Origin: a virus
Virus record (IMG/VR): IMGVR_UViG_3300027977_000009
Strand: one strand, 5' to 3'
DNA: 64,000 bases
Each line of letters begins with the position of its first letter. The stretch's first letter is position 1. Made by a program: the position numbers and the translations under genes. Shown piece by piece: positions 38,283 to 47,395 of this stretch. The notes under the pieces were generated by a model. It ran no database searches, was not told the origin of the DNA, and saw nothing but the letters and a program-made list of their open reading frames with translations.

Positions 38283-38515
38283 ATAAAATCTCTCTCATAT
38301 CTAAACTTAACTTTCCATATTCCGTCAACAAATCCCCACCTACTATGCTTTTCACAATTATCAATTTGGTTATATAACCAGTCAAGAAGGTCAGTATAGT
38401 AAACATGACCATTTGGGTCAAATACTACTGCTGTTTCATACCAACCCATATTAGTATTTTCCCAACCTTTACTGCTGTCGTAGTTTGCCAGCTGCTGATC
38501 TTGCATCAAGCCCAC
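38258..38515 (-). CDS. Small hypothetical protein
   Basis: Ends FRYERDFIWFRLVWG. Confidence 0.5.
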   Translation of the reverse strand: MGLMQDQQLANYDSSKGWENTNMGWYETAVVFDPNGHVYYTDLLDWLYNQIDNCEKHSRWGFVDGIWKVKFRYERDFIWFRLVWG

Positions 38516-38775
38516 CTCAATTTAAAAAGCATAGCATGTTTTTCTTCTTTAAACCAAAAACTAATGTCAGATTCACGATAATACTCCCAAACAATACGTT
38601 TAGTAGTATGGTTGTATCCGGAGTTCCCGAATGTCATATGGCACCAAGTGACCATTTCGAGTAGTTCAGAGAAAGAATACATGATTGGATTGGCACAATA
38701 GCTGGGATAGTCGGGCATCATACGCTGCACCGATATAATTTGTATCGTTCGAGCTACAGGTTCAAACTTGTCCAT
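38506..38775 (-). CDS. Small hypothetical protein
   Basis: Ends FKEEKHAMLFKLRWA. Confidence 0.5.
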   Translation of the reverse strand: MDKFEPVARTIQIISVQRMMPDYPSYCANPIMYSFSELLEMVTWCHMTFGNSGYNHTTKRIVWEYYRESDISFWFKEEKHAMLFKLRWA

Positions 38776-38990
38776 TATTTCATCAACAAAAATATTATAT
38801 ATTTGGGTTCATCTACGATTTCAAATTCTCGGAAGGACCAGCGTAGCAACCGTATACCCCAAATTGGTTGTATGATGTCATTAACATATTCATTACTTGT
38901 GCCGATCTGTTTCCAGTCATATCCTGATTCCAACATCCAAATTACTAGATCATCAAATGCAGGTTCATTTAGTGTAAACCGAGACAGCAT
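38775..38990 (-). CDS. Small hypothetical protein
   Basis: Ends DEPKYIIFLLMK. Confidence 0.5.
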   Translation of the reverse strand: MLSRFTLNEPAFDDLVIWMLESGYDWKQIGTSNEYVNDIIQPIWGIRLLRWSFREFEIVDEPKYIIFLLMK

Positions 38991-38998
38991 AACAAGTC

Positions 38999-39715
38999 TT
39001 AATATCCTGCTTCTGCTAATAGTTCCTTTACCTGAACAACGATGTCTGAACTACGCCTGAACTTTATAGCCCATTGTTCTGGGTTGATGTATTCCAAAAT
39101 CATTTTCTGCTGTGTTTCGTCTAGACTTTCTACCATTGTGATACCAGATTCGGTATGGTATAACATCCAAGGACTGATTCTTCCTGTAGTGATCTGATGG
39201 CAAATTTTATTACGATTGCCATAACGAAGATAGTCCCTACTTTGGATACGTTCGTCTTTGGCAAGCTCAATCGTAGTTTCTATGCTACGAGCAATTGCGT
39301 CTAGTGGGTCTTCCGTCTTAAGATGGTCGATAATGAACTTAGTATAGCTATTGTCACTTGTCCAATTGTCAATCTTGATATCGTTCTTTAATAACCAATC
39401 AGCATATCTATTGACATTTAGGCACTTGATGTTGACACAATAATGACCAAACCTAACAAATGCTAGGTAATATGCAGACTTAGTGAAGTCAAGGTATGTC
39501 TTAGATTTCTTTGTGGCAGTGTTCTTTGCATAAAACCTGACCCAAGATTGGAAACCAATACGGTTGCCCGGCAAGTCTTTATCCTGCCAGCGCCTCTTAC
39601 TTTCACACAGATGCCTAAAAATTGTCTCTTCGCGCCGAAAAGCCCGATTGCAGAACTCGCAACTAAATTCACTCTTAGTTGCCGGAGTCTTTTTCATACT
39701 GTTCAATATCATCAT
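38999..39715 (-). CDS. Hypothetical protein with N-terminal zinc finger
   Basis: CEFCNRAF....IFRHLC. Confidence 0.6.
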   Translation of the reverse strand: MMILNSMKKTPATKSEFSCEFCNRAFRREETIFRHLCESKRRWQDKDLPGNRIGFQSWVRFYAKNTATKKSKTYLDFTKSAYYLAFVRFGHYCVNIKCLNVNRYADWLLKNDIKIDNWTSDNSYTKFIIDHLKTEDPLDAIARSIETTIELAKDERIQSRDYLRYGNRNKICHQITTGRISPWMLYHTESGITMVESLDETQQKMILEYINPEQWAIKFRRSSDIVVQVKELLAEAGY

Positions 39716-40262
39716 CCGTTACCAAATCAGCTAATAGTTCAATCTCATCGTACTTCAATGCTGGGAATAAGTCAGCTAAGTATTTTCTCTTGCGATGAGA
39801 GTCAACGTAGCCCTCACTGATGAGGGCGATGTCATTTTCTCCAAAGTTTGGATAAATCTTTTTAAAATATTCCTTAATCTCTTTAAGTTTAGGAGATTCT
39901 TTTAGCTTGCTCACCCGATCTTTGATCTGAGGAATCCATTGATGAAACTGCTTACCTATTCCAGGGCTTGCAGCACACAACATCAACCATACTAAGTATG
40001 GATGCTTCTGTACATTTTCATTGAACAGATACTTATTGGCATGGTAATCAGTGCTTCGAAGATAATATGATTGGGCATCTTTATTGCCTTTGATGGCACT
40101 CATCCACTGCACTAGCATATAAAAACTAATACCTTTTTTCTGAGCCTCGCTTAGATTTTTATAATAGTCGTAGTCTTTGCGATCTAAGGCAGCAAGGACA
40201 TCAAACAGGTTAACAGTCTGGTCTGCTAGTTGAAGTTCTGCTGATAGTTTTTCTTTTGCCAT
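39675..40262 (-). CDS. Hypothetical, possibly clamp-loader small subunit (gp62-like)
   Basis: 195-aa helical protein; weak pattern resemblance only. Confidence 0.4.
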   Translation of the reverse strand: MAKEKLSAELQLADQTVNLFDVLAALDRKDYDYYKNLSEAQKKGISFYMLVQWMSAIKGNKDAQSYYLRSTDYHANKYLFNENVQKHPYLVWLMLCAASPGIGKQFHQWIPQIKDRVSKLKESPKLKEIKEYFKKIYPNFGENDIALISEGYVDSHRKRKYLADLFPALKYDEIELLADLVTDDDIEQYEKDSGN

Positions 40263-40268
40263 TAATTA

Positions 40269-40568
40269 TTACATTGCTTGAGGATGAGGAAGTACTAGAT
40301 GTTTATTATTGTATGATATCACATAAATCGACGCATCCATAGCACTATTATACCAATGATTAACACAATCAGCCCTAACCTTATCAATAGCTTCTTCTAA
40401 TTTGTAGTCCGGGATCGTCAACTCAGTAATAAGAAACTGTTGTCTAACGATAGATTGTCCTATAGGAGAACGGTGTAGCCGGTGAAAATAATGAACTTTG
40501 TCCATTGTGTCTGGTTCTAACTGTATTCTTGCAACTGGAATATCGGCAAATGGATGTGGCTTCTTCAT
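40269..40568 (-). CDS. Hypothetical protein
   Basis: 99-aa ORF. Confidence 0.5.
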   Translation of the reverse strand: MKKPHPFADIPVARIQLEPDTMDKVHYFHRLHRSPIGQSIVRQQFLITELTIPDYKLEEAIDKVRADCVNHWYNSAMDASIYVISYNNKHLVLPHPQAM

Positions 40569-40840
40569 GCTTTTAATGACTCTAGTGTAATGATATGAGC
40601 GATGGCAGTTCCTAAATCTTCTTCCCGATTAACCAATGTCAATGTAGTGCCAGCAGAATCTGTATGTCGTCTTCGCAACGAATGTTCTACTACATATCCC
40701 CCGTTTGCTGGATAAATTACAAAACTAATCGAGGATTTAGAATCTATGTAGAGGTTAGGTTTTTGACCCGTCGAATTCAGTACGTAAATATGATCTTTAT
40801 TTTTTTGATTAAATAGTTTTCTAAACCATTTCATTTTCAT
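40565..40840 (-). CDS. Hypothetical protein
   Basis: 91-aa ORF with ATGA coupling. Confidence 0.5.
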   Translation of the reverse strand: MKMKWFRKLFNQKNKDHIYVLNSTGQKPNLYIDSKSSISFVIYPANGGYVVEHSLRRRHTDSAGTTLTLVNREEDLGTAIAHIITLESLKA

Positions 40841-41444
40841 TTTCCTTTTCTACTTTTCCAAGCCAAACCTCGCTTAAACCAATTGGTCCGGCTATAGTTG
40901 GCAACTCGCCTAGTTCTTCTAGCTCTTGATCGTTATAGCTTACTCTAGTCACTAAATCCCAGCCGTCAACACTATTCATTTGAAATGTCAACCTATTAGG
41001 ATTAAAACTATCTGCCTCGAACTCGTAGCTTTGAAACAATCCCTTCTCCTGTAACTGTATAGCAATATAGGTGTCACCATCATCAAGAAATTCATCCGTG
41101 AAGAATTCTTCTGTTGATTCAAAGGTCGCCCCCATGTTAGACAACACTGAAGACCCTACATTATCGAGAATCACTTCATCACTTTGTGTCACTGTCAGGT
41201 AAAGAGAATCTACAGGTACTCCGTACTCATGTGAGACATAGGCGTATTCAGCCCATTCACCTGGTTCAAAAGAACGAATATCTTTTGGAATATCAACATC
41301 TTTATTTTCAATGAAGAAGTCTTCGTTCCAAACATAGTCGGCTATGTCTAGTGAGTCGTCGATGAACCGATTATAAAATTCACGATTGACTTTGCCGATT
41401 AAAGCTTCTCCGCCACAACCGGTAATTTCGATTCTATACTTCAC
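40821..41444 (-). CDS. Hypothetical acidic protein
   Basis: 207-aa ORF; GAGGAG SD with GTG start. Confidence 0.6.
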   Translation of the reverse strand: MKYRIEITGCGGEALIGKVNREFYNRFIDDSLDIADYVWNEDFFIENKDVDIPKDIRSFEPGEWAEYAYVSHEYGVPVDSLYLTVTQSDEVILDNVGSSVLSNMGATFESTEEFFTDEFLDDGDTYIAIQLQEKGLFQSYEFEADSFNPNRLTFQMNSVDGWDLVTRVSYNDQELEELGELPTIAGPIGLSEVWLGKVEKENENEMV

Positions 41445-41620
41445 ACTTATCTCTCCTCTTGTAAGATGTCTTGCGCAACGTGATTTTTATATTTGGGTAC
41501 ATCGTTCTAATAACACCGTTGATGTCCGAATGCTTGTGTTGCCGTTGAAACTTCGCTACTACTTCTAAATTAACCATTATTATTTCCTGTTAGTACTATC
41601 ATGTGCGTTATTAGAATAGA

Positions 41621-42121
41621 TCACCAAGCATTCCCGTAATCTACGACTTCGCAGTTTCTACTAATTTCTTTTACGAAGTACACGCAACGAGGTTTAGGAG
41701 TATCATCTAACGGAACACACAAAAATTGTCCGTTCTTAAGCCTAGGTGCATACCAAGTGACATCTGGGTATATGTCAAGAATTTCGATCAGTTGAAACGT
41801 AGGAGCAAATGATGATAAGGGGTTGAATTCAAACGCATGAAATCCCCTATCATTCAGACTAGAAAGAGGAAGTGTTTCTAAGTCTCCGTGTTCCTGTTCA
41901 CCGATAAGAACTTGCCAATCAATCGGCATCTTGATTGTTCTATTTCCGATCTTCAGTACTAGTGCAGGAGAATTGAATGACTCTAGAAAGATCAATGGAA
42001 TGTAATGATAATCCACATTTGCCGGCACAGAGTTATCTAGAATCGCAAATCTCAAGTCGTCTACTTCTTCGGGAAGAGTCTCTAGATTGTAGTATTGGTT
42101 TTCTAATGTTAGGATGCGCAG
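41621..42121 (-). CDS. Hypothetical phage protein, probable CTG start
   Basis: Frame is open 22 codons upstream of the tracked TTG, to a CTG lying 7 nt after GGAG. Confidence 0.6.
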   Translation of the reverse strand: MRILTLENQYYNLETLPEEVDDLRFAILDNSVPANVDYHYIPLIFLESFNSPALVLKIGNRTIKMPIDWQVLIGEQEHGDLETLPLSSLNDRGFHAFEFNPLSSFAPTFQLIEILDIYPDVTWYAPRLKNGQFLCVPLDDTPKPRCVYFVKEISRNCEVVDYGNAW

Positions 42122-42211
42122 GGTTTTTCTCCAATATATCTTTTCATATTATTATCATAATATATATGTTGTAAAAAGTCAACACATTAATAGTCCAATT
42201 TAAAAGAAAGA

Positions 42212-43663
42212 TCAATAATCTAACTTTTCTATAGAGGTAGGGTACTGTGCATCCTTGTAGAAAGCTTTTCTTTGAGTAAGGTGCCTCTTTGCAAACTTAC
42301 ATGTTGAGGTGATGTCCCAAATTTGCACAAAATCTTTGTCTGATGCCTTACGAAGTCCTCGACCGATCGATTGAATAACTCGGACAAATGATTTGCCTGG
42401 TTCGATCAGTACTACATTGAACAGTCTAGGAACATTAATACCTACTGCCGCTACGCCGTAAGTGCAGATTAATATCTTATCATCACTGGTAGCAATTTCA
42501 TCATATTCTTCTTTCCTTTCAGTAAGCTTAGTGCTGCCGTTAACAACCACTGAATTAGATAATCTACTAGCAAGCTCTTTTCCCGCATTGACTCGATCAA
42601 CTAGAACTAATGTATTTCCTGTCTCGTTTACCTTTTGAATCAATTCTGCTATCTTGTCTAGTCGATTGGAATCTTCCAATAGATATTTCAATTCAGATTG
42701 ATAGTTTGTGAATTCTACTTTATCCTTAAGTTGAACGATGTTCACGTGACATCTAGCAAGGACACCCCTGTCTTGTAATTCACTTGCTGCTAACTTACTA
42801 GTGACTGGACCCAACGAAACTAGGATAGACATCTGATCCATCGGTTCTTTGGGAATCGTACCTGTTAGACCCCAGCGAATGGGGATATTACTGAATACAC
42901 CAGTTAGCATTGTCTTAAGTACCTCAGCTTTAGCTTGGTGCACTTCGTCAACCATAACACAGACAATATCTTCAAAGAAAAATTCATCGGATCCTTCTTC
43001 TATATCTGCTGTGTTTTTGAATAGGTTATTTAGCGACTGCCAAGTGCAAATAGTATGTGTCTTACCATAATCCTTGCGATCACCGAAATACACTCCCACG
43101 TCAAGTCCTAGATTGACATAATCTGCTTCTGTCTGTACTACTAGGCTCTTGTTAGGGACGATTATAAGAGAACGGCCTAGATGCTCTACAGACTTAGATA
43201 GAGCAGCAGTCACAAGAGTCTTGCCCGCCCCAGTCGCGGCCTCTTGAAGCGATTGAGTGTTCTCTAAGAAATTGTTTACGATCTCAATCTGGTAATCGCG
43301 CAATATTACGGGTTGACCTGCACGTTCATGACCTTCAGGCCACGCGATACCCGAGAAAGTCTCTTCTGTTACCTTCTCAAACATGAATTCTGGACGTAGA
43401 GGTCTACGATCATCTAGTTCAATTTGATAATCATAGTCGATCAATATCGGGATAATTTGATCGAGCAGATTCATATATGTACTACCGGCAAGTGAGAAAT
43501 AACTGATCTTGCCGTTCCATCGACCTAATCGGACTGCAGGAAGATATCGCGCACCAGGTTTCTCGAATTCAAACTTTTTATGTAAAAACTTTCGGACATC
43601 GAGGTCTAACCCTTGGATCTTTACGTTAACTTCGTCGTTGATTATGATTTTTGCTAGTTTCAT
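42212..43663 (-). CDS. uvsW: Superfamily 2 DNA helicase (UvsW-like)
   Basis: LRDYQ, ATGAGKT, VDEVH, GLTGT, QSIGRGLR. Confidence 0.88.
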   Translation of the reverse strand: MKLAKIIINDEVNVKIQGLDLDVRKFLHKKFEFEKPGARYLPAVRLGRWNGKISYFSLAGSTYMNLLDQIIPILIDYDYQIELDDRRPLRPEFMFEKVTEETFSGIAWPEGHERAGQPVILRDYQIEIVNNFLENTQSLQEAATGAGKTLVTAALSKSVEHLGRSLIIVPNKSLVVQTEADYVNLGLDVGVYFGDRKDYGKTHTICTWQSLNNLFKNTADIEEGSDEFFFEDIVCVMVDEVHQAKAEVLKTMLTGVFSNIPIRWGLTGTIPKEPMDQMSILVSLGPVTSKLAASELQDRGVLARCHVNIVQLKDKVEFTNYQSELKYLLEDSNRLDKIAELIQKVNETGNTLVLVDRVNAGKELASRLSNSVVVNGSTKLTERKEEYDEIATSDDKILICTYGVAAVGINVPRLFNVVLIEPGKSFVRVIQSIGRGLRKASDKDFVQIWDITSTCKFAKRHLTQRKAFYKDAQYPTSIEKLDY

Positions 43664-44652
43664 GTGATTTCTATCGGATTAGAATTTTTTAAAATAATGC
43701 ACTTAGTTATCTTTGGTGCGAGCCCAAAGATATGAGTAACGTTTTGTATTTGGACAAGATTATCGCCCGAATAATCATCTAAAATAACACTCGAAATACT
43801 GTGTTCATTTAGTTTACCGAGAATCTGATTTCTAATCGTTCGACCGCTGCCGTATGACATACCCTGACCTAAGGTCACATCAGCACAACCAATGTTTACT
43901 AGCCATTGGACTGCGAGTGCGATGTCATTGATGTCTACTTCAGTAATAAATTCTGAGGCAAACTTAAGTTCAGGACGATTGGTTATGATCTTTGAATCTA
44001 CTTTAATTCCATGTTTCGATAGCAGATATAATGTTTTCATATCCAATTTAAGTTCGACATCCTGTAACAATTCGTGAATTACATGATTGGATGCGGCGAT
44101 GAAAAGATATCCGTTGTGATCGAACAATGTAGGTTCCCATATGGTCGCGCTATCATAGTAAGATAACTTGTCTAGTATAGCCGAAAGATCGTTGCTATAG
44201 CTGACGTTACTGAAATATTTAGGAAGAACATGATGTGCGATTTTGAATGCCGTAGTAGAGAAGGGGGCCCTGTAAACTTTGGAATCTTTGCTCCATTCAA
44301 AAGAATTGTCTGAAATCTCTCTGAACTTAGCAATAAACGCTTTATTAAAGGGGACTCTGATTTGAAGTTCACCGTCTATGGTAGACACGAACGCTCCGAT
44401 GTATTCTACTGTACTCTCTACGAGAGAGGTATTCCATGGAAGTTTTTTAAGTTCTTCTTTGACTAATCCATTTTTAGTAAGTTGCTTCTTGTACTTACTA
44501 ATAAGAGTATCAAACAACATTGCCTGATTAGAAGTGATACGGTGAGTGTCACTAATAATTGTTTGCAGGTTGGCCATGAACTTGTAGTCATACTGACTTA
44601 ATGAGATTTTTCCCTGCAGGAAGAAATAAAGTAAATGTTCTTTGCAATTCAT
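43660..44652 (-). CDS. Hypothetical protein, leaderless
   Basis: Start MNCKEH lies 6 nt after TTGATT-17-TATAAT. Confidence 0.6.
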   Translation of the reverse strand: MNCKEHLLYFFLQGKISLSQYDYKFMANLQTIISDTHRITSNQAMLFDTLISKYKKQLTKNGLVKEELKKLPWNTSLVESTVEYIGAFVSTIDGELQIRVPFNKAFIAKFREISDNSFEWSKDSKVYRAPFSTTAFKIAHHVLPKYFSNVSYSNDLSAILDKLSYYDSATIWEPTLFDHNGYLFIAASNHVIHELLQDVELKLDMKTLYLLSKHGIKVDSKIITNRPELKFASEFITEVDINDIALAVQWLVNIGCADVTLGQGMSYGSGRTIRNQILGKLNEHSISSVILDDYSGDNLVQIQNVTHIFGLAPKITKCIILKNSNPIEIT

Positions 44653-44697
44653 TTTATTATTATATCGCCACCGCACGATAAAATCAACTATATCGGT

Positions 44698-44723
44698 AAA
44701 AAAAAAGAGGGCCGAAGCCCTCT
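44698..44723 (-). terminator. Rho-independent terminator with cUUCGg tetraloop
   Basis: AGAGGGC-TTCG-GCCCTCT followed by a long T run. Confidence 0.92.
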
Positions 44724-44745
44724 AAGTTAACTGATATCTAGGATA

Positions 44746-45753
44746 TTACCCCCGCTTCATACAAGTACTTTGAGCAAGATTGGCCCAGTTCTTCGGCGAA
44801 ACCTTGACGAGGTCAGCGATCTTGAGTGCCATACGGATAGACAATTCACGCAGCTTATTCTTGTTTGCTTCCATATACGTAAGGACCTGTGCACCCTCAT
44901 TGTTTTGGAAGTTGTAGTCACTGAACAGTCCGCCTTCTGCATCGCGATCAACCTGACGGATCCTAAGCATCATGTCACGAGCAGTATCAATCGTCAGATC
45001 GAGGAAGTGGCAACGAGACTGAAGGGCTTCAAGGTGATCTTGCAGACGCTTAGACTTGATATGGTCGAACTTAAGGTTCGTGATAAAGATACACGAGCCA
45101 TTAAAGTTGAAGCTATTGGGAATGCCTTCTTCACGCAGCAAGCGAGAATCCGAATTCCAACAAATCTTACGACGCTTTCCGCTGTCAAGAGCCGCCTTCA
45201 GAATGTTCAACGCAAGATCATCCATGAACACGCTATCACAGTCGTCGAAAACCAAGATGTTCTTTTTGTCACTATACTTGTAAAGCTGGGTATACAGACC
45301 AAGAGCAGTCATCGCACCCTTGACAACTTCATACCGAATACGATTGCCTGCAATCTTGTCAAACATCGAAGCCTTTTCAAGCTGCTGCTCTACCCCGAAA
45401 CTCTTACCAACACCCGGAGGTCCCGAGACGATCATCGCGCGAATATCGCCGCTAATGCAGGCCGAAGACATCTCGTCGAGGATCTCGAACCGAGTAGCAA
45501 TACGGTTCATTGCTTCTTCGTCAGTTTCCTCTGCCTTGACTTCGGCAGTGATCGGTTCTCCGTCGATCTCAAACTCGTCAGGACCGTTAACCTTGATCTT
45601 GATGTCTTCGATAGCCACGGGAAAAAATCCACCGTTCTTCACAGTAATGTATCCACCCTTTGCACCGGTTTGAAATCCCTTAACGAGATCGAACCACGCA
45701 TCGATTACGGGATAGTTACGATATTCACCGGACTTAACGAGGACACGAGACAT
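44746..45753 (-). CDS. P-loop (AAA-like) ATPase
   Basis: GPPGVGKS, LVFDDCD, FITN, ALQSRC; own promoter (45785-45813) and AAAGG SD before MSRVLV. Confidence 0.8.
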   Translation of the reverse strand: MSRVLVKSGEYRNYPVIDAWFDLVKGFQTGAKGGYITVKNGGFFPVAIEDIKIKVNGPDEFEIDGEPITAEVKAEETDEEAMNRIATRFEILDEMSSACISGDIRAMIVSGPPGVGKSFGVEQQLEKASMFDKIAGNRIRYEVVKGAMTALGLYTQLYKYSDKKNILVFDDCDSVFMDDLALNILKAALDSGKRRKICWNSDSRLLREEGIPNSFNFNGSCIFITNLKFDHIKSKRLQDHLEALQSRCHFLDLTIDTARDMMLRIRQVDRDAEGGLFSDYNFQNNEGAQVLTYMEANKNKLRELSIRMALKIADLVKVSPKNWANLAQSTCMKRG

Positions 45754-46386
45754 GTTCATTCCTTTTGAATCGTTTCTATAATTCAATGTAGCAAAAGGGG
45801 CATCTGATGTCAACCTTTTATTTTCGTATTCGGACAAAATAATGTTGATAAAGATTTCAAACAGGTCCGCGTCGGCAGAAGTGTTAGCGTTAGTAGCAGC
45901 ATGAGCAGTGGTAGGATAAGGGTTGCGGAACGTCGTGAATGAATGGCGCTCGTGTGCGGGTACCAAAGCAAGTGATGCATCGCGAGCAGCATAATAAGCA
46001 GTATCAGCAGCACTAGCAGCAGCAGGAGCAGCAGGAGCAGCACGAGCAGCAGCATCAGCCGCAGCAGCAGCAGCAGCACGAGCAGTAACCAAATCACCAT
46101 TACCATTCAAGGCATCGATGACCTGTCGACAGGCATCTTCTACCGTTTGCCAGTAATCAGGAATTGGAGTCGACACAATCTTGATTTTCGCCATAGCCAT
46201 GGCATATTCGATACACGCGATACGAAACTTGCGCATCACTATATCTATATCGATAGTATTCCAAGTAAATGAAGTACTGTTGAACTTTTTCTTGAATTCT
46301 ACCGTATCGAAATGGCGCATCAGGTCGTTGAACTGCTCGGGCGGTTCACAGAGAACCGCCCACATCTCAGCTTGATGGTCAATCAT
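45754..46386 (-). CDS. Ala-rich hypothetical protein reading in frame, without a stop, into the ATPase
   Basis: MIDHQ start downstream of the promoter at 46407-46449; poly-Ala GCT-type repeat at about 45985-46086. Confidence 0.5.
45785..45813 (-). promoter_or_regulatory. Sigma70-like promoter embedded in an open frame
   Basis: TTGACA-17 nt-TACATT. Confidence 0.7.
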
Positions 46387-46406
46387 TTTGCTGCCGTTTG
46401 TTTGTT

Positions 46407-46449
46407 TATGATTCATAATAGCGAGAGACGAATATGAAGTCAACCGAAA
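46407..46449 (-). promoter_or_regulatory. Sigma70-like promoter, copy 1 of an identical 43-bp repeat
   Basis: TTGACT-17-TATTAT; identical to 48258-48300. Confidence 0.85.
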
Positions 46450-46455
46450 TCGTAA

Positions 46456-46734
46456 CTAGATACTAGGCTTATCGCGATTTTCTGCCATCGCCTTGCTAAC
46501 ACGAATCCGTTCTTCTTCGATCTCTTTAGGTGTCATCGCCGTGTTCTGATAACTACGAAGATTGGCTAGTTCACCTAGTTCCATTCGATTGATCACATCA
46601 TTCAGCGCATGTTCCATATACTTGATTTCCCCGATGTAACCTTCAGGCTTGTTGATCTTCAAACTATTGAGTTTTCCTTCGATGAAGCGAACATGACCTT
46701 GATTTACAGTAGGGATAAAAATATTCTCGCTCAT
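46456..46734 (-). CDS. Hypothetical protein
   Basis: 92-aa ORF with AAGGA SD. Confidence 0.55.
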   Translation of the reverse strand: MSENIFIPTVNQGHVRFIEGKLNSLKINKPEGYIGEIKYMEHALNDVINRMELGELANLRSYQNTAMTPKEIEEERIRVSKAMAENRDKPSI

Positions 46735-46755
46735 TCTCTTTTCCTTTGAGGTTAA

Positions 46756-47334
46756 TTAGTTGTTGTATTTTACGTCAGGGAACCACGCATCACGAATTTC
46801 TTCATACCGTGCGGTCTTGGTCAGGTTGTTACGAATCATATTATGCACTAGAGGAAGGATATTCGGCAGAGTATACTCATCGAAGATTCTGAAAAGGATC
46901 GGGCGGACGAATGCGTCATGCTTCTGTGCTTCATTAAGAGCAAAAGCTTTTCGATCCATACCAGTAACTTTCAGTGTAAGGTGTTCAGCTTGAATCTTAT
47001 TAACTACCCGATAGACTGCGTTATTGAAGTCAGATTCGAACTTAGTGATGCGAACACGATCTTCATCGATAAGATGCGCCTTGACATCATCAAGATGTTC
47101 CTCAAGAATCAGTTCGACAATGTTGCGATCCTGCAGGATAGCCTCCTTAGCCTTATGAATCTGAAGGTACTCATGAGCCTTGATCTTTACACGATGACCA
47201 TTAGCCCAACGAATAACAAAGCCTTCTGCATTTTTCAAATCATGGACGTAATCCATAAAAGCTTTAGGATCCTCTACAGAGCCGTGCTGTTCAACTACAG
47301 GAATATTATATTCACGAATAAGATTTTGGATCAT
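46756..47334 (-). CDS. RNA ligase 1-like, C-terminal part
   Basis: Motif IV EGFVI, motif V RVKIK...Y, then a helical C-terminal domain. Confidence 0.8.
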   Translation of the reverse strand: MIQNLIREYNIPVVEQHGSVEDPKAFMDYVHDLKNAEGFVIRWANGHRVKIKAHEYLQIHKAKEAILQDRNIVELILEEHLDDVKAHLIDEDRVRITKFESDFNNAVYRVVNKIQAEHLTLKVTGMDRKAFALNEAQKHDAFVRPILFRIFDEYTLPNILPLVHNMIRNNLTKTARYEEIRDAWFPDVKYNN

Positions 47335-47395
47335 ACTATGTTCCCCATGTTAAAAGAGGTGACCTACGTTACTGTAGAGACCCTCTTAAAGTATT

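Noticed and set aside
44770-45768. 332-aa plus-strand ORF
   Set aside because: Antisense shadow of the ATPase gene; no motifs or expression signals.
45985-46086. Ala-rich repeat or tail-fibre repeats as a diversity-generating retroelement
   Set aside because: No reverse transcriptase in the window and no template/variable repeat pair with adenine-specific differences seen.
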